A stretch of 64,000 nucleotides of DNA, from the NCBI GenBank assembly GCA_965208835.1, contig OZ242358.1, positions 320,001 through 384,000 on the forward strand, read 5' to 3'. The stretch comes from Candidatus Latescibacterota bacterium. GTDB lineage: Bacteria > Latescibacterota > UBA2968 > GCA-2709665. Positions 28,488-41,576 of this stretch are shown here, one piece after another. The notes under the pieces are model-generated. The model ran no database searches, had not been told where the DNA came from, and was given only the letters and a program-made list of their open reading frames with translations. Every line of letters begins with the position of its first letter. The stretch's first letter is position 1. A program made the position numbers and the translations under genes.

Positions 28488-29171
28488 TCATACGCGTATC
28501 TTTGAGATCGATATATGGCCTTTGAAACAGGCGTCCATGTCACTTCCGGGTTGCCGCGGCCGGTCGTGGTAGATACCAGTGTACCGAAAAGCGTCACCGG
28601 TTCGCACGTACGTCATCAGGTTTGGGCTGGTGTCCACGCGAGCTTGTCTTGTTTCCAGACGGACCCCATCGTGTTCGGGATGCGGCAGATTCACATTGAG
28701 AAAACACCCGGCCTCAAGCGTCTCGCTCAGCAGCCTGCCCAGAACCGGTTGAATCCGTTCGGCTGCAAGACGCCAGTCGATCGACCGGTCTTTCGCTCTA
28801 TAGTGTGACAGGGCAATGGCCTTATATCCGAGAATAGCCGCCTCCCGGGCCGCGGCCACGGTCCCGGAATCGTAGATATCCACTCCGAGATTGCTTCCGT
28901 TGTTGATCCCGGAGAGCAGCCAGTCGCCATCGGATGCCAGTTGGCTCAAACCCAGGCGAGTACAGTCGGCAGGCGTGCCCCAGACCCTGAACCGTTCTTC
29001 CGTCAGCTTATCGACCCGAACGGGTTTGTCGGTTGTCAAAGTATGTCCGACACCCGACTGCGGTTGTGCAGGTGCGACAACCACGACCTCGCCCCGCCGG
29101 GACGCCAGCCGAACCAGCGTGCTGATGCCATCTGCTTCAATGCCGTCGTCGTTCGTAACGATCAGTTTCAA
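28488..29171 (-). CDS. surE: 5'/3'-nucleotidase SurE
   Basis: TNDDG, VVAP..QSG, GTPADC, SGINNGSNLG...SGTVAAAREA. Confidence 0.93.
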   Translation of the reverse strand: MKLIVTNDDGIEADGISTLVRLASRRGEVVVVAPAQPQSGVGHTLTTDKPVRVDKLTEERFRVWGTPADCTRLGLSQLASDGDWLLSGINNGSNLGVDIYDSGTVAAAREAAILGYKAIALSHYRAKDRSIDWRLAAERIQPVLGRLLSETLEAGCFLNVNLPHPEHDGVRLETRQARVDTSPNLMTYVRTGDAFRYTGIYHDRPRQPGSDMDACFKGHISISKIRV

Positions 29172-29192
29172 CTTGCGCTCCCCGTCAGACCG

Positions 29193-29798
29193 TCATTGCG
29201 AAGTCGCCCGCTTCGCTCGCGATTCGGTCTGGCCCGCCTGGCGCAGCGGTTTCTTCAACAGGCGGCCCCAGTAACTGTCGTACGGGTGGACGACCCGCAC
29301 CCGTTCTTCGGCCCGGTAGACAGGCCGTCCTTCATTCGCCCATCTGAATATTGACCCTTCGAGATTGTAGACTTCGGTAAAACCCGTCTTCATCAGAAAT
29401 TCGGCGAGTTCGGAGGAACGGTATCCTACGGAACAGTACACGACGATGCGACGGTTCGCGGGTACGCCCCGGAGAATTCTTATTGCCTCGTCCTTCGAGC
29501 TGGCAGCCCTGGCGCCCAGGAGATGGCTGACAGCATATTCCTCCGGTTTTCGTACGTCCAGCAGAATGAGCTCTTCCTGCTTCGGCGACTCGTCGAGCCA
29601 CGACTGCAGCGTATCGGTCGGGACATGGGCGACCGCGGGAAACCTCGCGCGAATCGTATTGAGCGTGGATGTCCACGACTTCGCACTGTCTTCGGCTTTT
29701 TCCTGTGCTATCGAGGAAGCGGGTGAGCAGGCAAGGATGCCGGCAAACATCAACAAGAGCGGGCGAGGTATAAAAGAAGGGCTGAAGAGGAACGCCAT
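29193..29798 (-). CDS. Exported rhodanese-like domain protein
   Basis: Signal-peptide-like N-terminus; LLDVR..EEYAVSHL, VYCSVGYRS, NLEGSIFRW. Confidence 0.88.
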   Translation of the reverse strand: MAFLFSPSFIPRPLLLMFAGILACSPASSIAQEKAEDSAKSWTSTLNTIRARFPAVAHVPTDTLQSWLDESPKQEELILLDVRKPEEYAVSHLLGARAASSKDEAIRILRGVPANRRIVVYCSVGYRSSELAEFLMKTGFTEVYNLEGSIFRWANEGRPVYRAEERVRVVHPYDSYWGRLLKKPLRQAGQTESRAKRATSQ

Positions 29799-29802
29799 GG
29801 AT

Positions 29803-30834
29803 TCAGATAAGCGAATGAATCTCGAGGAATTCGCGCATCGCCTCGACGCATTCCGCGGGTTGTTCCAATTGCAGGAGGTGGGTCGTTTCAGGGAGGAAAT
29901 CGTAGTCGACGGTGACGATATCGCTGAGATCGAGCGTCGGCAGATAGGAAAAAGGCAGAGTGGGATCTGCGCCGATGACCTTCAGTGGGCAACGGAATTT
30001 CGGAAAGTCGACGAGCACGGCAAACGTGGCGGCGTAATCGACGATCTGCGCTTCGTATTCCCGGGGACACCGGAGTTCGAAACCTTGCCCGTTCGGGCAT
30101 CTGCGAAGGGTCGTTCTCGCCACAAGCTCGAAGACGCCCGGCACAACGCGCTGGAAGGTCGGCAGGTAGGGGAGTACGTCCGCGAATTCCTGCCTGGCTT
30201 CGAAATGGTTCGCGCGGCGCCGCGTCATTGCGGCAACGCGTTCAGCCGCAGCATCGAATTCTTCGTAACTGGCGCCGTGCTTGCACAGTGGAGGGTCGAA
30301 CAGAACGCATGCGGAGAATCCGCTGCCTCTGGCGGACGAGAGTAGCGTGATCAGGGCGGAAACCGAATGGAATACGCCTATTCTCGGTTTTTTTTCGAAG
30401 TGCCGGTCGATTGCATCGAGAATACGGTCGTGGTCATTGACGAACGTTGGGACACTATGCTCGTGAATGGAACTGACCGTGTTCCAGCCGTGGTTCCTCA
30501 GGTCGTAGACAATCAGGTCGAAATCGTCCAGCAGCAATGACCAGAACGGGAAATAGAGATCGATCGCGAGACCGTTGCCATGGCTCAAAACGAGACGTGG
30601 ACCCTCAGGGTTTCCATGACGCCGCAACGTGATGCGGGTGTCGTCGTCCACGGGGACGTCAATCGTGGCATGCGGCTCGGGGATTTCCCATATCGTTTCC
30701 GGGCGCGTGGACAAATGGCACATCTTTCCAGGGAGTTGATTCAACGATGCAGTGGCCGCAGGATCTGACGGCACCGCATTGAATTCCCTTAAATTCAATG
30801 TGGCCCCGGACAAGAATCCGGGGCCAGTCGTCAA
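29803..30834 (-). CDS. supD: Alpha/beta hydrolase, SupD-like
   Basis: SHGNG, YDLRNHG, nucleophile elbow FHSVSA, C-terminal THLLQLEQP; downstream of the ACP and PKS. True start may be later. Confidence 0.75.
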   Translation of the reverse strand: MTTGPGFLSGATLNLREFNAVPSDPAATASLNQLPGKMCHLSTRPETIWEIPEPHATIDVPVDDDTRITLRRHGNPEGPRLVLSHGNGLAIDLYFPFWSLLLDDFDLIVYDLRNHGWNTVSSIHEHSVPTFVNDHDRILDAIDRHFEKKPRIGVFHSVSALITLLSSARGSGFSACVLFDPPLCKHGASYEEFDAAAERVAAMTRRRANHFEARQEFADVLPYLPTFQRVVPGVFELVARTTLRRCPNGQGFELRCPREYEAQIVDYAATFAVLVDFPKFRCPLKVIGADPTLPFSYLPTLDLSDIVTVDYDFLPETTHLLQLEQPAECVEAMREFLEIHSLI

Positions 30835-30864
30835 TCAGTGAACGCGCTCCATTTGGGAACCGTC

Positions 30865-31104
30865 TCACCCGGCATTCAGGCGATCGACCAGTTCCCGGAC
30901 GCTCTTGACCTCTCCACAATCTTCAAGACTAAATTTAACTTCGAACTCCTGCGCGACCAGTTTCGCGAACGCCACGAGGTCCACGGAGGAAATACCGGCC
31001 TCCATGAGGCTGATATTCAGGTCATCCGGCAGCGCGATCGGCTGCCCGTCCACTTCGAGATTTTCCGCGATGAGCGTTCTGAGACGATCTTCGGTTGAAG
31101 CCAT
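30865..31104 (-). CDS. supB: Stand-alone acyl carrier protein, SupB-like
   Basis: 79-aa acidic protein with GISSVD at the phosphopantetheine site; directly downstream of the PKS. Confidence 0.8.
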   Translation of the reverse strand: MASTEDRLRTLIAENLEVDGQPIALPDDLNISLMEAGISSVDLVAFAKLVAQEFEVKFSLEDCGEVKSVRELVDRLNAG

Positions 31105-31194
31105 AGCTGCGACCCTTTCAATTAGGTAATCGGTTTATACGGACAGGTAAGATAGCGATCATCAAATGTCAAGTCAACAGGTTTTGTTGCTGGT

Positions 31195-34100
31195 TTATCT
31201 GGAACGATTGTTCGCTTCAATCCAGTGACGGCGGCGCTGGAACGGATAGGAAGGAAGCGAGATGCGGCGCCGGGATTCGCCCGCGAACAACCCCTTGAAC
31301 GAAACCGCGTGTCCCGACTCGAAAACACGCGCGACCGCCTCCGTGATGCCGCCGTCATTTGCGTCCGTGTTTTCGTCTGCTGCAAATCGCAGGCTGTCAA
31401 TCACATCCGGCGCCTCGCCGCCGTTCGAGGTGGTCGGCCAGGCTTGAACGATTTCGGGACCGGGCAATGCTGCCGGGCCGATCCCCACGACAACCTGTAC
31501 GCCCAGATCGGCCAACGTGTCGATGCAATTTCGGAACGGCACCGGCTCATCGACCTGGCGTTGCCAGTACTCCGCATCCCCGGCCTCGTCTGATGTAATC
31601 AACCTCCCGGTGACGTGGCTGATCAGGTCGACCGAAGGCGTTTTGGCCGTGACGTCCAGGGATCCGTTTGCGGCGCGGGCGGCCGAAAACCGCAATCCCT
31701 CCTCCAGGCTGAAGACGCCGGCCGCCTGCGCCGCCGCGATTTCTCCGATGTCGGTTCCGACGACCACGTTCGGTCGGATTCCCGCGCTGGACCAGAGTGC
31801 CGTAAGCGCGCATTCCAGCGCATAGGCGGCCGGCTGGGCCCACGCGGGATCGTCGAGCAGGCCGTCCGATCCGGCGCGCCCGAACATCACGTCAAGGAGC
31901 GAGGCGCCCCGAATTTCGCCAAAGGCCACCTCGCAGCGATCCAGTACCGCACGCACCACGGGCTCCGTTTCGTACAGCGCCAGGACCACGTCGGCACGAT
32001 GGCGGACATCCCCGGAATACGCGAATGCAACCTTGCCAGCCGCCACCCGGTCCGGCGACCCGGCAGCTTCAGCCACCGTCTTCAGGCCGTCCCGCAGCGA
32101 CCGCGCATCGCCGAAAACCACGCCCGCCCTGTAGTCCAGATGGCTCCGGCATGTCCCCGCGGTCCAGGCCATATCCGCGAGCACGTCCTGCAGCGCTTCT
32201 TCGGAAGCCGTCTCTGCAGCCCTGTCGTCGAGCCAGTCGAGATACCGCCCCGCCAGGTCAATCAGCGCGCCACCCGCCTTCCCGGATAGCGGAAGGAAAC
32301 GCGTCTTCCGCGGTTGACACACGTTGTTCTCCGGGACCGCCAGGTCCGCGATCGGCTCCGGCAGTGATACGTCGACGAAGCACGCGGCGCCCGCGGGGAC
32401 GGGATCCGCATCATTGGGTGAAGCGACCTCCGATGCGTAACCTTCCACCACGACATGGGCGTTCGTGCCCGAGACGCCGAAGGCGCTCACCCCTGCTCGC
32501 GGCGGTCGATCGGTGTTGGCCGGCCAGTCGGTGTTAGCCGACACCACGCGTACCGGCAGGCTGTCCCAGTCCACGTGCGGGCTTGGTTCGCTGAAATGCA
32601 GGTTCCGGGGAATCACACCGCGTTTCATCGCCAGGACGGTTTTGACAAGGCTCGCAACCCCCGCAGCGGGCTCGAGATGGCCGATGTTGGTCTTCACCGA
32701 ACCCACCAGCAACGGCCGTTCGGCGTCACGTTCCCTGCCGTAGACCGCCGCCGCGGCGTGAAGCTCGATCGGGTCGCCAAGCCCCGATCCGGCTCCGTGC
32801 GCCTCCAGATAATCCACCTCCGAAGGGTCGACGTTCCCGCGCGCAAGGGCGGACTCGATGACCCGCTCCTGCGCGGGGCCGTTCGGGACAGTCGGGCCGG
32901 CGCTCGCTCCGTTCTGGTTCACCGCCGAACCGCGAATAACGCCCCAGATGCGGTCACCGTCGGCCTCGGCCTGGCCAAGCCGTTTCAGAACGACCATACC
33001 ACAGCCCTCCGCTCGCACGAATCCGTCCGCGGATGCATCGAATGCCCTGCACCGCCCGCTTGGCGACAACATCCCCAAATCTGCCATTTCTCTCGTCAGT
33101 TCAGGCGAAAGAGCGGCGTGGGAGCCTCCAACCAGTGCCATGTCCACTTCTCCCGCCCGCAGGGCAGCGACCGCGTAATGTACCGCAACAAGTGACGACG
33201 CACAGTTGAGCTCCACCGGAATTGTGGGGCCCTCCAGTCCCAGTACGAAGGAAAGACGTCCGACGGCCATGCTGGCTGCGGTATTCAGATAGCTGACACC
33301 GTAGTCATCGCTGGACATCAGAAGCCGGTATTCGCTGGTGGAAATACCCGCATACACTCCCGTGAGGGTGCCCCGCAACCGGTCCGGATCCATCCCCGCG
33401 TCCTCAAGCGCCTGCCAGCTCGTTTCCAGGAGCATCCGCTGACGAGGATCCATCGTGCGCGCCTCGATCGGCGTAATCCGGAAGAACCTCGAGTCGAATT
33501 GATCGATCTCATCCACGAATCCGCCCTGTCGGTACGCGGCATACTCGACTGGAAGGTCTTTGGCGAAACCGCCAGAGGCGCCGGAGTCCCCGCGTCCGTC
33601 CGTCACCGCGTCTTCGCCCGCTTCGAGGTGGCGCCAGAATGCGTCGAGATCGGGTGCGCCGGGGAACCGGCACGCCATACCCACGATCGCAATGCCGCCT
33701 TCCTCCTTTTCCTGTCGCACAACCGGCTGAGGCGCCGGCTCGGGTTCTTCCTCGGCGACCGGTTCACTGCTGACCTCGCCCAGTTCTCCTGCCAGGTGAC
33801 TCGCGAGACTGGCGATGTCCGGGTAGTCGAATACCACTGTATTGGGTACGACGTACTGGTCGGAGAATGCCCGGTTAAGGCGGTTTCGCAGCTCTACGGC
33901 CATAAGCGAGTCCATACCCAGATCGAAAAATCCCACCGAGGGCTCAGGCGCCGCCGGAAGCCTGAGTACCGCCTGCACCTCCTGCTGCAGGAACGACACG
34001 AGCAGTTCTTCCGGCGCCGCGGGCGTTCCGCGCAGCCGGGACATCAGGTCCTCGGAAGACGCAGCTGCGTCGGCCTCGTCATCCGTTGTCGCGGAAAGCA

Positions 34101-37100
34101 GATCATCGAGAAAAGGCGGCCGGTCCTGGACAGCCTCCTCAAACACCGACCAGTCCATCGACATCACCACGGAATTCGTAACGTCCTGACGTACAAGCTG
34201 GTCGAACGCCCGCATACCCTGCTGCGGGGTGAACCAGCGCCCGCCGAGCGCCGACCGCTGCCGGTCGATCCGTTCCCGCTGTTCCGCGGCCTCGCCGATT
34301 TCCGACCACGCCCCCCAGGCGATGGCCTGGCCGGGGAGTCCCAACGCGCGGCGGTGACCGGCGAGCTGATCCAGAAACGCGTTTGCCGAAGCGTGGTTCG
34401 CCTGCCCCGGATTGCCCATGACGCCGACCCGGCTGGAGAACAACACGAACATATCCAGATCGCGGTCCATCGTGGCCCGATGCAGGTGCCATGCGCCGAG
34501 GACCTTCGGCCCGAGTACCGTTTCGAAACGGTCCCAGGTCTGGTTGGTCAGTGCGCCGTCGGAGAGTACCCCCACGCTGTGGATCACGCCCCCGAGCGGT
34601 GGTAGTGTCGCATCCATCCTCTCCAGCATCTCGTCGATAGCGGCGGCGTCCGTCACGTCCGCCAGTTCTACCTGCACCGTAGCGCCGCCCTCGCGCAGCC
34701 TGCGAATCGCTTCCTCGGCCTCGTCATCGGGCGCCCGGCGTCCGTTCAACACGATGGCGCCTGCTCCGCGGTCCGCCAGCCAGGCCGCGACGGCGCATCC
34801 GATTCCGCCCAGACCGCCCGTAACAAGATAGGTCCGGTCCTGGCGCAGCGTGCCGTTCTGCACGGGCGGCGTTGTTACGACGATCTTCCCGAGGTGGCGT
34901 GCAGCGCGCATGAAGCTCAGGGCGGCTCCGGCCTCGGCGAGCGGCCACCTGCTGTGGGTGATCGCTTCGAGTTCTCCGGACGAAAGGCGAGTCATTACAT
35001 CCCGGAGGACCCTTCCCACCCATTCGGGGTCGGTCTTTTTCATCACGTCCAGTTCAAGGATGTCGTACGGCACGTCCGGCCGCACCGCCGCCATCTCCTC
35101 CTCGCTCAGAATATCCCGCCTGGCCAGTTCCACGAAGCGTCCGCCGCGCCTGAGACAGGACAGACTCGCATCGATGAAGCCTTCTCCCGTAAGGCTGTTC
35201 AGTACCACGTCCACACCCGCGCCGTCCGTGGCCTCCAGGATTTCCCGGCCGAAGTTCGTCGTGCGGCTGTCGAAAATGTGTTTCACCCCCAACGATCGGA
35301 GATACGCCTGCTTGGGGGCGCTCGCGGTGGCGAAGACCTCCGCTCCCGCGGCCTGCACCAGCTGGATGGCAGCCAGTCCGACGCCGCCCGCCCCCGCGTG
35401 AATCAGAACCCGCTCGCCGGCCTCAAGACCGGAAAACTCGAATGACAACGCTGCGGACACGAACGCGCTTGGCACCGTGGCAAGTCCGGAGACCGAGTAT
35501 CCCGATGGCGCGGGCGCCACCAGTTGCTCGTGCGTGACCATCTGCTGACCGAATGCACCGAAGCCCAATCCGACCACATGGTCGCCCACCGAGACGGTTG
35601 ATACTTCGGAGCCGACCTCGAGGATGTGGCCGCACATTTCTCTGCCAAGATTGCCCTCTTCGATAAAGCCGAGGGAACGAAAGACATCCCAGAAGTTGAG
35701 CCCGGCCGCTTCCACAGCAACGCGAACTTCCCACGGCTCGAGAGATCGTTTGGGCAGCGGGAGGACCTGCGGCCGGTCGAATACGCCGGTCGGATCCGGA
35801 GCCAGCACCCAATCCGACGCCTCGGGCAGCGACAGCCGCTCACCTTCGGTCCCGGCCTGAACCAGGCGCGCCACCTGACGGCGGCCGGACCGATACGCGA
35901 TGTGATTTTCGGAATCCGGATAGAGAAGCTCGTTGGCGAGATCGGGCGCGGGCGCCATCTCGCCCGGGTCCAGATCGATCATCCGCGGCTGGAGATGCGC
36001 CGCTTCACGGGCTACGGCCTTGCCGAAGCCCCACAGCGTGGCGCCGACGAGTTCTCCGCCCCGCTCACGTTCCAGTACCTGGGCACCCCGTGTGATCAAC
36101 CAGACTCCGTTTTCCGGAACGACGTCGGCGTCGGCGATGCCCTGCACGAGCGCGAGCGCGCTCGCTCCCGCCCGCTTCACGTCCTCCGCCAATTCCTGCG
36201 TTGTGGCCTGTGCCCCGTGACCGTCCAGTCCCGCGAGATGCACGACGCCGCGCAGCGGCACCTCGTCAGGCAGATCTGCCAGAAGCGCGCGCCAGGACTC
36301 GCGACAATCTGTCTCCACGCCAGTGTTGAAGACACCCGTGACGTCGCCCGCGGGTTCCTTGTCGTCCTGCATTTCACTGCCGGCAAGCACGACAGTCTGG
36401 TTCCGCGCGGCTAATTCGGCTGCCATTCTCGACGCGGAACCTCCCCGGTCCGCAGCCAGAACCCAGGCGCCGGGAGCCTCGGCCACTTTCGCCGGACCCT
36501 GCGCCACGATGACACCCTTGTCAAGCGTCCGGGACGTGTCGGACTCGTCCGCCCCCAGGACTTCCACGCCTTCGAATCCTGCGCCGCCGAGAGCATAGCG
36601 CCAGATCGGGGGGCCGGCGAGGGCGTGGTGGGGACGGTAGTCGTCGGCGAACCGCCACCAGCCATCCAGCTGCCCGAAGGTCAGGTCCATCCATCCCAGC
36701 CCACTCAGGTTTTCAAGTGCGATCAGGTGCCCTGACGGCGCGAGAAGGTCCCGGCAGTGGGCCAGCGTCTCGCTCAGGTACCGCGTCGCGTGCAGCACGT
36801 TGGATGCGATCAGCAGGTCGTAACCGTGGGCGTCGAAGCCCTGCTCAACCGGGTCCTTTTCGATATCCAGCGGACGGTACTCGATGCAGCCGCCGCCGTC
36901 GCCGAACCTCGCTTCCGCCTCGGAAAAGAAGCCCGCGGAGATGTCCGTATACATGTAATCGAACTGCCCATCGGGAAGTTCCGGAAGTACGGAAGCGGTC
37001 GCCGATCCGGTTCCCGCTCCGACCTCGATGACTCTCAGGCGTCGGCCTTCGGGCAACGCAGCCACCAGCGCTTGGACCGCATCCGCCAGCATCCGGTTCG

Positions 37101-40100
37101 CAGCGCGTGCGACCGGCGCCTTCAGATACAGATCGGCCGCTGTCGGTTCACCGCTGCTGAACAGAAGTGTCAGCGGATCTTCACGACCGCGAAGCACGTC
37201 CGCCAGGGCATTGCCGGAACGCCGGAACAAGCCGGTCTCGATCTGGCCGTCGGGGTGCAGGTCGACCATGCGCGAAGCGAACTCCTCGAGGTCGTCTGGC
37301 AGGCCTTCGGGGAGCGGATCACCAGGGCCCACGACCACGGTGAATCCGTCGCCCGCTTCCTTCACGACCCCCGACCTGGCGAGCATCTCGAACAGCCGCC
37401 GAAAGAGGCGGCTGTGCTCCGGAAGGATGTCCAATTCGTCCCGCAACACCTCCGGATCGACGGTTTCTCCTGCCTGCCGCCGCCAGCCCAGCTCTTCCAG
37501 CGTCGCGAGCGCGCGGGACCGGGACCACCGTTCCAGGTCCGCCAGCAATGCGTCCCTGTCATCGGGATCGACTCCCGCGTCCGTGAGATATCCGGCGAAC
37601 GTCTGTGAGCCGGCCGCGACGGCCGCCGGGGTCGGGAAGAAGCCCGCGGACGTTATTCCGGCGGGAAGGTCGCACTCGCGCCAGACCACCTCGTACAGGA
37701 GGTCCTTGACGCCTTCGACCGCGGCGAGCAGCGCTTCCTGCGTGGCCCGTTTTACCGTGTACCCGCTCAGGCGGCCAAGATGCGCACCGTTCGGGTCGTA
37801 AATGTCAATCTCACCGCTCAGCACCTCAGGGGGCTCACCGGCCGCGGCTTCCGCCTCGCTGGATGCTTCGCTGAGTCGCACGTGACAAACCACCCGGTCC
37901 GGCAGCGTTCCCGCCAGCCAGAGCCGCTCCCACGCGAACGGCAGATACGTGGCTCCGCCCTCCTTGCCTGCCAGATTGCGCGCCGCGCCCACAACCTGGA
38001 AACAGCCGTCCAGCACGAGCGGATGGACATCCAGACCATGACCTGAAAGCGACTCAGGTAGAGACACCTCGCCCAGCGCCTCGCCTGGACGCGACCAGAC
38101 CCTGCCAAGCGTACGGAAGAACGGCCCGAGGTCGACGCCGGTACTCGCCCTGTGGCGGTAGTAGTCCGCCACGTCCATGGGGGAAAGCGCGCTCTTCACG
38201 CTTTCGAGATCGATTCGTCCGCCAGGATCGGGAGCCGGAGCTCCCGGCGCAAGAACGCCCTCCACGTGAACGGTCCAGTCTCCTTCGCCGCCGCTGCTGA
38301 AGATCTGGACACCGCGCGGTGAACCCGGTTCGCGGGTATCGAGCCCGACCTGCATCCTCCTGCCCGCGTCACCCTCGCCGTCTTCGTCCTCTTCGAAAAC
38401 CAGGGCATTGTGCAACTGGAAGTTCTCCACGACCACGGGACCTGCTTCCTCAAGGCGAGACGCGGCACAGGCCATCGCGCCGTAGAGCGCGCCGGGCGCG
38501 ACGATCCTGCCGAACACCTTGTGATCGTTCAACCAGGCCGGGTCCGACGGAAACACTTCCGTCTCGAAGGTAACCTCTCCACGCGCGGATTCGTGCCGGA
38601 CGCCAAGCAGCGGATGGCCGGCTCCGCCGGCCCGTCGTCTCGGAGGCTGGATCCAGTGTCTACGGCGCTGAAACGGATAGCTGGGCAGAGAGACCCGTCG
38701 GCGGTTCTCCCCTGCGAAGAGCCCGGCGAAGCCAACCGGGAGTCCCGCCTCGTATGCCTCTGCCACTGCCGCTACGAAACCATCGGCATTCCGGGTCTCC
38801 TCAGCACCGTCCGAAGGCGGGCGGAGGCTGGACAGCACCACCGGCGCCGGTGTTTCCGGCGATTCAGGCCAGGACGCGGCCGCCAACGGAGCGAGTACAG
38901 ATCGCGGACCGATCTCCAGCACCACGTCGACGCCCTGATCCGCCAGCGTCTTCACACCCTGGGCAAACGCCACCGCCTCCCGGGCGTGCCTGCGCCAATA
39001 AGCGCCGCCTTGGGTCTGCCCCGGTTCTACAGCCTGACCCGTCAGGTTGCTGACAACGGCAAGTGAGGGAGACTGGATCTCCAGGCCGCTGAGAAAGCTC
39101 TCCAGTTCGTCAAGAATGGGCTCAACGAGGGCGCTGTGGAACGCCTTGGTCGTGTTCAACCGCCTGACCCTCACGCCTGCCGTGGCGAATCGATTCGAGA
39201 TCGCCTCGATGCCCGCTGCAGGACCACTGACAACCTGGTGGGTACCGTTGTACCCCGATATGCTCAACCCGGCATCCTGAGAGCTCGCGTTCACGACTTC
39301 CTCGACGCGATCGGCTGGCGCAAATACAGCGGCCATGCTTCCCGGTTCCATCTTCGACATCAACGCGCCGCGTACCGCGGCGAACCGCATTCCGTCCTCC
39401 AGGCTGAATACGCCCGCCGCCTGCGACGCCGCGAGTTCCCCGATGCTGTGTCCCAGAACGACGTCGGGACGGATACCGACGCTCGACCAGAGCGCCGTCA
39501 GCGCGCATTCCAGCGCGTAGAGAGCAGGTTGCTCCCAGGCCGTGTCGCCGAGTTCCCCCTCGCTTCCGACATTTCCGAACATCACATCCAGCAGCGAGGC
39601 TCCCCGTTCTTCAAGTATCACCGCCTCGCAGCGGTCCATCACCGCCCTTGCGACGGGCTCCGTCTCGTACAGTCCACGTCCCATGCCTGCCCACTGGCTC
39701 CCCTGTCCCGTGTAGGCGAACGCCACCCTGGCGCGAGTCCGCGAGAAGGAGCCCAGGTTTCCCTCCTGGACATCCCTAAGCTGATTGCGCAACGTTTCCA
39801 CGTCCTTGAAGACGACGCCCGCGCGGTGGTCGAAGTGACTCCGGCCCACGCCCGCAGTCCAGGACATGTCAGCCAGTATCTCACTATCGTCGGAGGAGAT
39901 TTCGTCAGCGGCTTCCCCCAGCCGCGAAAGGTAACGCCCGGCAAGATCGCACAGCGCACCATCGGATTTTCCCGATAGCGGAAGCAGGCGGACCCGGCGC
40001 GGTTGGACTTTCCGTTCAGCGATCGGGAGATCCCCCACCGCTGCCGGAAGTGAGACCGCTACGGGCATCGCGGCACCGGCAGTCCCCGGTTTTCCGGCGG

Positions 40101-41478
40101 CGGCGTCCGGCGCACGGTATTCCTCCATTACGATATGGGCGTTGGTCCCGGATATGCCGAAGGAGTTAACTCCGGCGAGTCGGGTACTCCCCGGACGGCG
40201 CGGCCAGTCCATCATCGACGACGTCACGTGCAGGGGCAGCCGGTCCCAGTCTACGCTCGGATTGGGATCCCGGAAGTGGAGGTGCTTCGGGATCACTCCC
40301 CGGTTCAGTACGAGCGCGGTCTTGATCACACCTGCTACGCCAGCGGCCGACTCCAGGTGGCCGATATTGGTCTTCACGGATCCGATGAGGAGCGGCCGGT
40401 CGGCCTTTCGTCCACGCCCGTAGACACTCGCCACGGCATCGATCTCGATAGGATCGCCGACGGTGGTTCCCTTCCCGTGCGCCTCGAGGTAATCCACGTC
40501 AAGCGGGGAGATGCCGCCCTCGGACAGTGCGGTTTCGATCACTTCTTCGAGCGCTGGCGTGTTCGGCACCGTCAGCCCCGTACTGGCCCCGCCATGGTTA
40601 ACCGCCGAGCCCCGGATGACCGCCCAGATCCGGTCCCCGTCAGCCTCAGCCTCGCTCAGCCGCTTCAGCACGACGACCCCGCAGCCCTCGCCACGCACAT
40701 AGCCGTTTGCCGAGGCGTCAAAGGTCTTGCACTGTCCGTCCGGAGACAGCATCATCGCCTCCGCGCGCAATTCGTAGATGCGACCGTTCAGTATTGCCTG
40801 CACGCCGCCGGCAATGGCCAGATCGGCTTTGCCCTGTTGCAGGTCCGCCACTGCGTCATTGACCGATACCATGGACGACGCGCACGCGGCGTCGACCGCC
40901 TTGGCCGGTCCCCTGAGCCCCAGTACGAATGAGACCCGCCCACTGGCGCCGTTCAGGTTCGTGCCGCTGAGGGCATAGAGACACCCGGCAGCCTCGGCGG
41001 GCTTGATTGAGTCCACCACCAGCATTCGGTATTCATCGTTGCTGATCCCGGTGTAGACGCCCGTGCGGGTCTCTCTCAACCCCTCCGGATCGATTCCTGC
41101 GTCCTCAAGCGCCTCCCAGCTCGTCTCCAGCATCATTCGCTGTTGCGGGTCCAGAAACTCCGCTTCCACGGGCGAAATCCGGAAAAAGGTGTCGTCGAAA
41201 AGGTCGATGTCGTCGACGAATGCGCCGAAACGACAACCCTCGTTCTGCCCTGCGTTTTCGGCGAAGATCTGCCCCCAGCGGCCCGTCCCGGAGCCCGGGA
41301 CACCCTCACCTACGGCATTCCCGCCGGCTTCGAGCAATCGCCAGAATGAAGCGATGTCCGCCGCGCCGGGGAATCGACACGCCATGCCCACGGTTGCTAT
41401 CGGCTGCGCGGACCCGGAACTCATGCTCCGGTCGTCCGGGTTCCCCAGGGATTCAATGTGCCCATCTGCTTCCATCAT
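31195..41478 (-). CDS. supA: Type I PKS, SupA-type (KS-AT-DH-MT-ER-KR-ACP-KS-AT*)
   Basis: [73 protein letters not shown]2 LNCASS, degenerate AT2 GTDIG. Confidence 0.9.
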   Translation of the reverse strand: MMEADGHIESLGNPDDRSMSSGSAQPIATVGMACRFPGAADIASFWRLLEAGGNAVGEGVPGSGTGRWGQIFAENAGQNEGCRFGAFVDDIDLFDDTFFRISPVEAEFLDPQQRMMLETSWEALEDAGIDPEGLRETRTGVYTGISNDEYRMLVVDSIKPAEAAGCLYALSGTNLNGASGRVSFVLGLRGPAKAVDAACASSMVSVNDAVADLQQGKADLAIAGGVQAILNGRIYELRAEAMMLSPDGQCKTFDASANGYVRGEGCGVVVLKRLSEAEADGDRIWAVIRGSAVNHGGASTGLTVPNTPALEEVIETALSEGGISPLDVDYLEAHGKGTTVGDPIEIDAVASVYGRGRKADRPLLIGSVKTNIGHLESAAGVAGVIKTALVLNRGVIPKHLHFRDPNPSVDWDRLPLHVTSSMMDWPRRPGSTRLAGVNSFGISGTNAHIVMEEYRAPDAAAGKPGTAGAAMPVAVSLPAAVGDLPIAERKVQPRRVRLLPLSGKSDGALCDLAGRYLSRLGEAADEISSDDSEILADMSWTAGVGRSHFDHRAGVVFKDVETLRNQLRDVQEGNLGSFSRTRARVAFAYTGQGSQWAGMGRGLYETEPVARAVMDRCEAVILEERGASLLDVMFGNVGSEGELGDTAWEQPALYALECALTALWSSVGIRPDVVLGHSIGELAASQAAGVFSLEDGMRFAAVRGALMSKMEPGSMAAVFAPADRVEEVVNASSQDAGLSISGYNGTHQVVSGPAAGIEAISNRFATAGVRVRRLNTTKAFHSALVEPILDELESFLSGLEIQSPSLAVVSNLTGQAVEPGQTQGGAYWRRHAREAVAFAQGVKTLADQGVDVVLEIGPRSVLAPLAAASWPESPETPAPVVLSSLRPPSDGAEETRNADGFVAAVAEAYEAGLPVGFAGLFAGENRRRVSLPSYPFQRRRHWIQPPRRRAGGAGHPLLGVRHESARGEVTFETEVFPSDPAWLNDHKVFGRIVAPGALYGAMACAASRLEEAGPVVVENFQLHNALVFEEDEDGEGDAGRRMQVGLDTREPGSPRGVQIFSSGGEGDWTVHVEGVLAPGAPAPDPGGRIDLESVKSALSPMDVADYYRHRASTGVDLGPFFRTLGRVWSRPGEALGEVSLPESLSGHGLDVHPLVLDGCFQVVGAARNLAGKEGGATYLPFAWERLWLAGTLPDRVVCHVRLSEASSEAEAAAGEPPEVLSGEIDIYDPNGAHLGRLSGYTVKRATQEALLAAVEGVKDLLYEVVWRECDLPAGITSAGFFPTPAAVAAGSQTFAGYLTDAGVDPDDRDALLADLERWSRSRALATLEELGWRRQAGETVDPEVLRDELDILPEHSRLFRRLFEMLARSGVVKEAGDGFTVVVGPGDPLPEGLPDDLEEFASRMVDLHPDGQIETGLFRRSGNALADVLRGREDPLTLLFSSGEPTAADLYLKAPVARAANRMLADAVQALVAALPEGRRLRVIEVGAGTGSATASVLPELPDGQFDYMYTDISAGFFSEAEARFGDGGGCIEYRPLDIEKDPVEQGFDAHGYDLLIASNVLHATRYLSETLAHCRDLLAPSGHLIALENLSGLGWMDLTFGQLDGWWRFADDYRPHHALAGPPIWRYALGGAGFEGVEVLGADESDTSRTLDKGVIVAQGPAKVAEAPGAWVLAADRGGSASRMAAELAARNQTVVLAGSEMQDDKEPAGDVTGVFNTGVETDCRESWRALLADLPDEVPLRGVVHLAGLDGHGAQATTQELAEDVKRAGASALALVQGIADADVVPENGVWLITRGAQVLERERGGELVGATLWGFGKAVAREAAHLQPRMIDLDPGEMAPAPDLANELLYPDSENHIAYRSGRRQVARLVQAGTEGERLSLPEASDWVLAPDPTGVFDRPQVLPLPKRSLEPWEVRVAVEAAGLNFWDVFRSLGFIEEGNLGREMCGHILEVGSEVSTVSVGDHVVGLGFGAFGQQMVTHEQLVAPAPSGYSVSGLATVPSAFVSAALSFEFSGLEAGERVLIHAGAGGVGLAAIQLVQAAGAEVFATASAPKQAYLRSLGVKHIFDSRTTNFGREILEATDGAGVDVVLNSLTGEGFIDASLSCLRRGGRFVELARRDILSEEEMAAVRPDVPYDILELDVMKKTDPEWVGRVLRDVMTRLSSGELEAITHSRWPLAEAGAALSFMRAARHLGKIVVTTPPVQNGTLRQDRTYLVTGGLGGIGCAVAAWLADRGAGAIVLNGRRAPDDEAEEAIRRLREGGATVQVELADVTDAAAIDEMLERMDATLPPLGGVIHSVGVLSDGALTNQTWDRFETVLGPKVLGAWHLHRATMDRDLDMFVLFSSRVGVMGNPGQANHASANAFLDQLAGHRRALGLPGQAIAWGAWSEIGEAAEQRERIDRQRSALGGRWFTPQQGMRAFDQLVRQDVTNSVVMSMDWSVFEEAVQDRPPFLDDLLSATTDDEADAAASSEDLMSRLRGTPAAPEELLVSFLQQEVQAVLRLPAAPEPSVGFFDLGMDSLMAVELRNRLNRAFSDQYVVPNTVVFDYPDIASLASHLAGELGEVSSEPVAEEEPEPAPQPVVRQEKEEGGIAIVGMACRFPGAPDLDAFWRHLEAGEDAVTDGRGDSGASGGFAKDLPVEYAAYRQGGFVDEIDQFDSRFFRITPIEARTMDPRQRMLLETSWQALEDAGMDPDRLRGTLTGVYAGISTSEYRLLMSSDDYGVSYLNTAASMAVGRLSFVLGLEGPTIPVELNCASSLVAVHYAVAALRAGEVDMALVGGSHAALSPELTREMADLGMLSPSGRCRAFDASADGFVRAEGCGMVVLKRLGQAEADGDRIWGVIRGSAVNQNGASAGPTVPNGPAQERVIESALARGNVDPSEVDYLEAHGAGSGLGDPIELHAAAAVYGRERDAERPLLVGSVKTNIGHLEPAAGVASLVKTVLAMKRGVIPRNLHFSEPSPHVDWDSLPVRVVSANTDWPANTDRPPRAGVSAFGVSGTNAHVVVEGYASEVASPNDADPVPAGAACFVDVSLPEPIADLAVPENNVCQPRKTRFLPLSGKAGGALIDLAGRYLDWLDDRAAETASEEALQDVLADMAWTAGTCRSHLDYRAGVVFGDARSLRDGLKTVAEAAGSPDRVAAGKVAFAYSGDVRHRADVVLALYETEPVVRAVLDRCEVAFGEIRGASLLDVMFGRAGSDGLLDDPAWAQPAAYALECALTALWSSAGIRPNVVVGTDIGEIAAAQAAGVFSLEEGLRFSAARAANGSLDVTAKTPSVDLISHVTGRLITSDEAGDAEYWQRQVDEPVPFRNCIDTLADLGVQVVVGIGPAALPGPEIVQAWPTTSNGGEAPDVIDSLRFAADENTDANDGGITEAVARVFESGHAVSFKGLFAGESRRRISLPSYPFQRRRHWIEANNRSR

Positions 41479-41576
41479 GCACTTCTCCTATTTTGCGGAC
41501 TTCGCCGAATCCGAACCGGTCATTTGCCGACCCGTGTATTTGCCGATCGGGATTTGCATCGCAGGCGGTGGGATAT

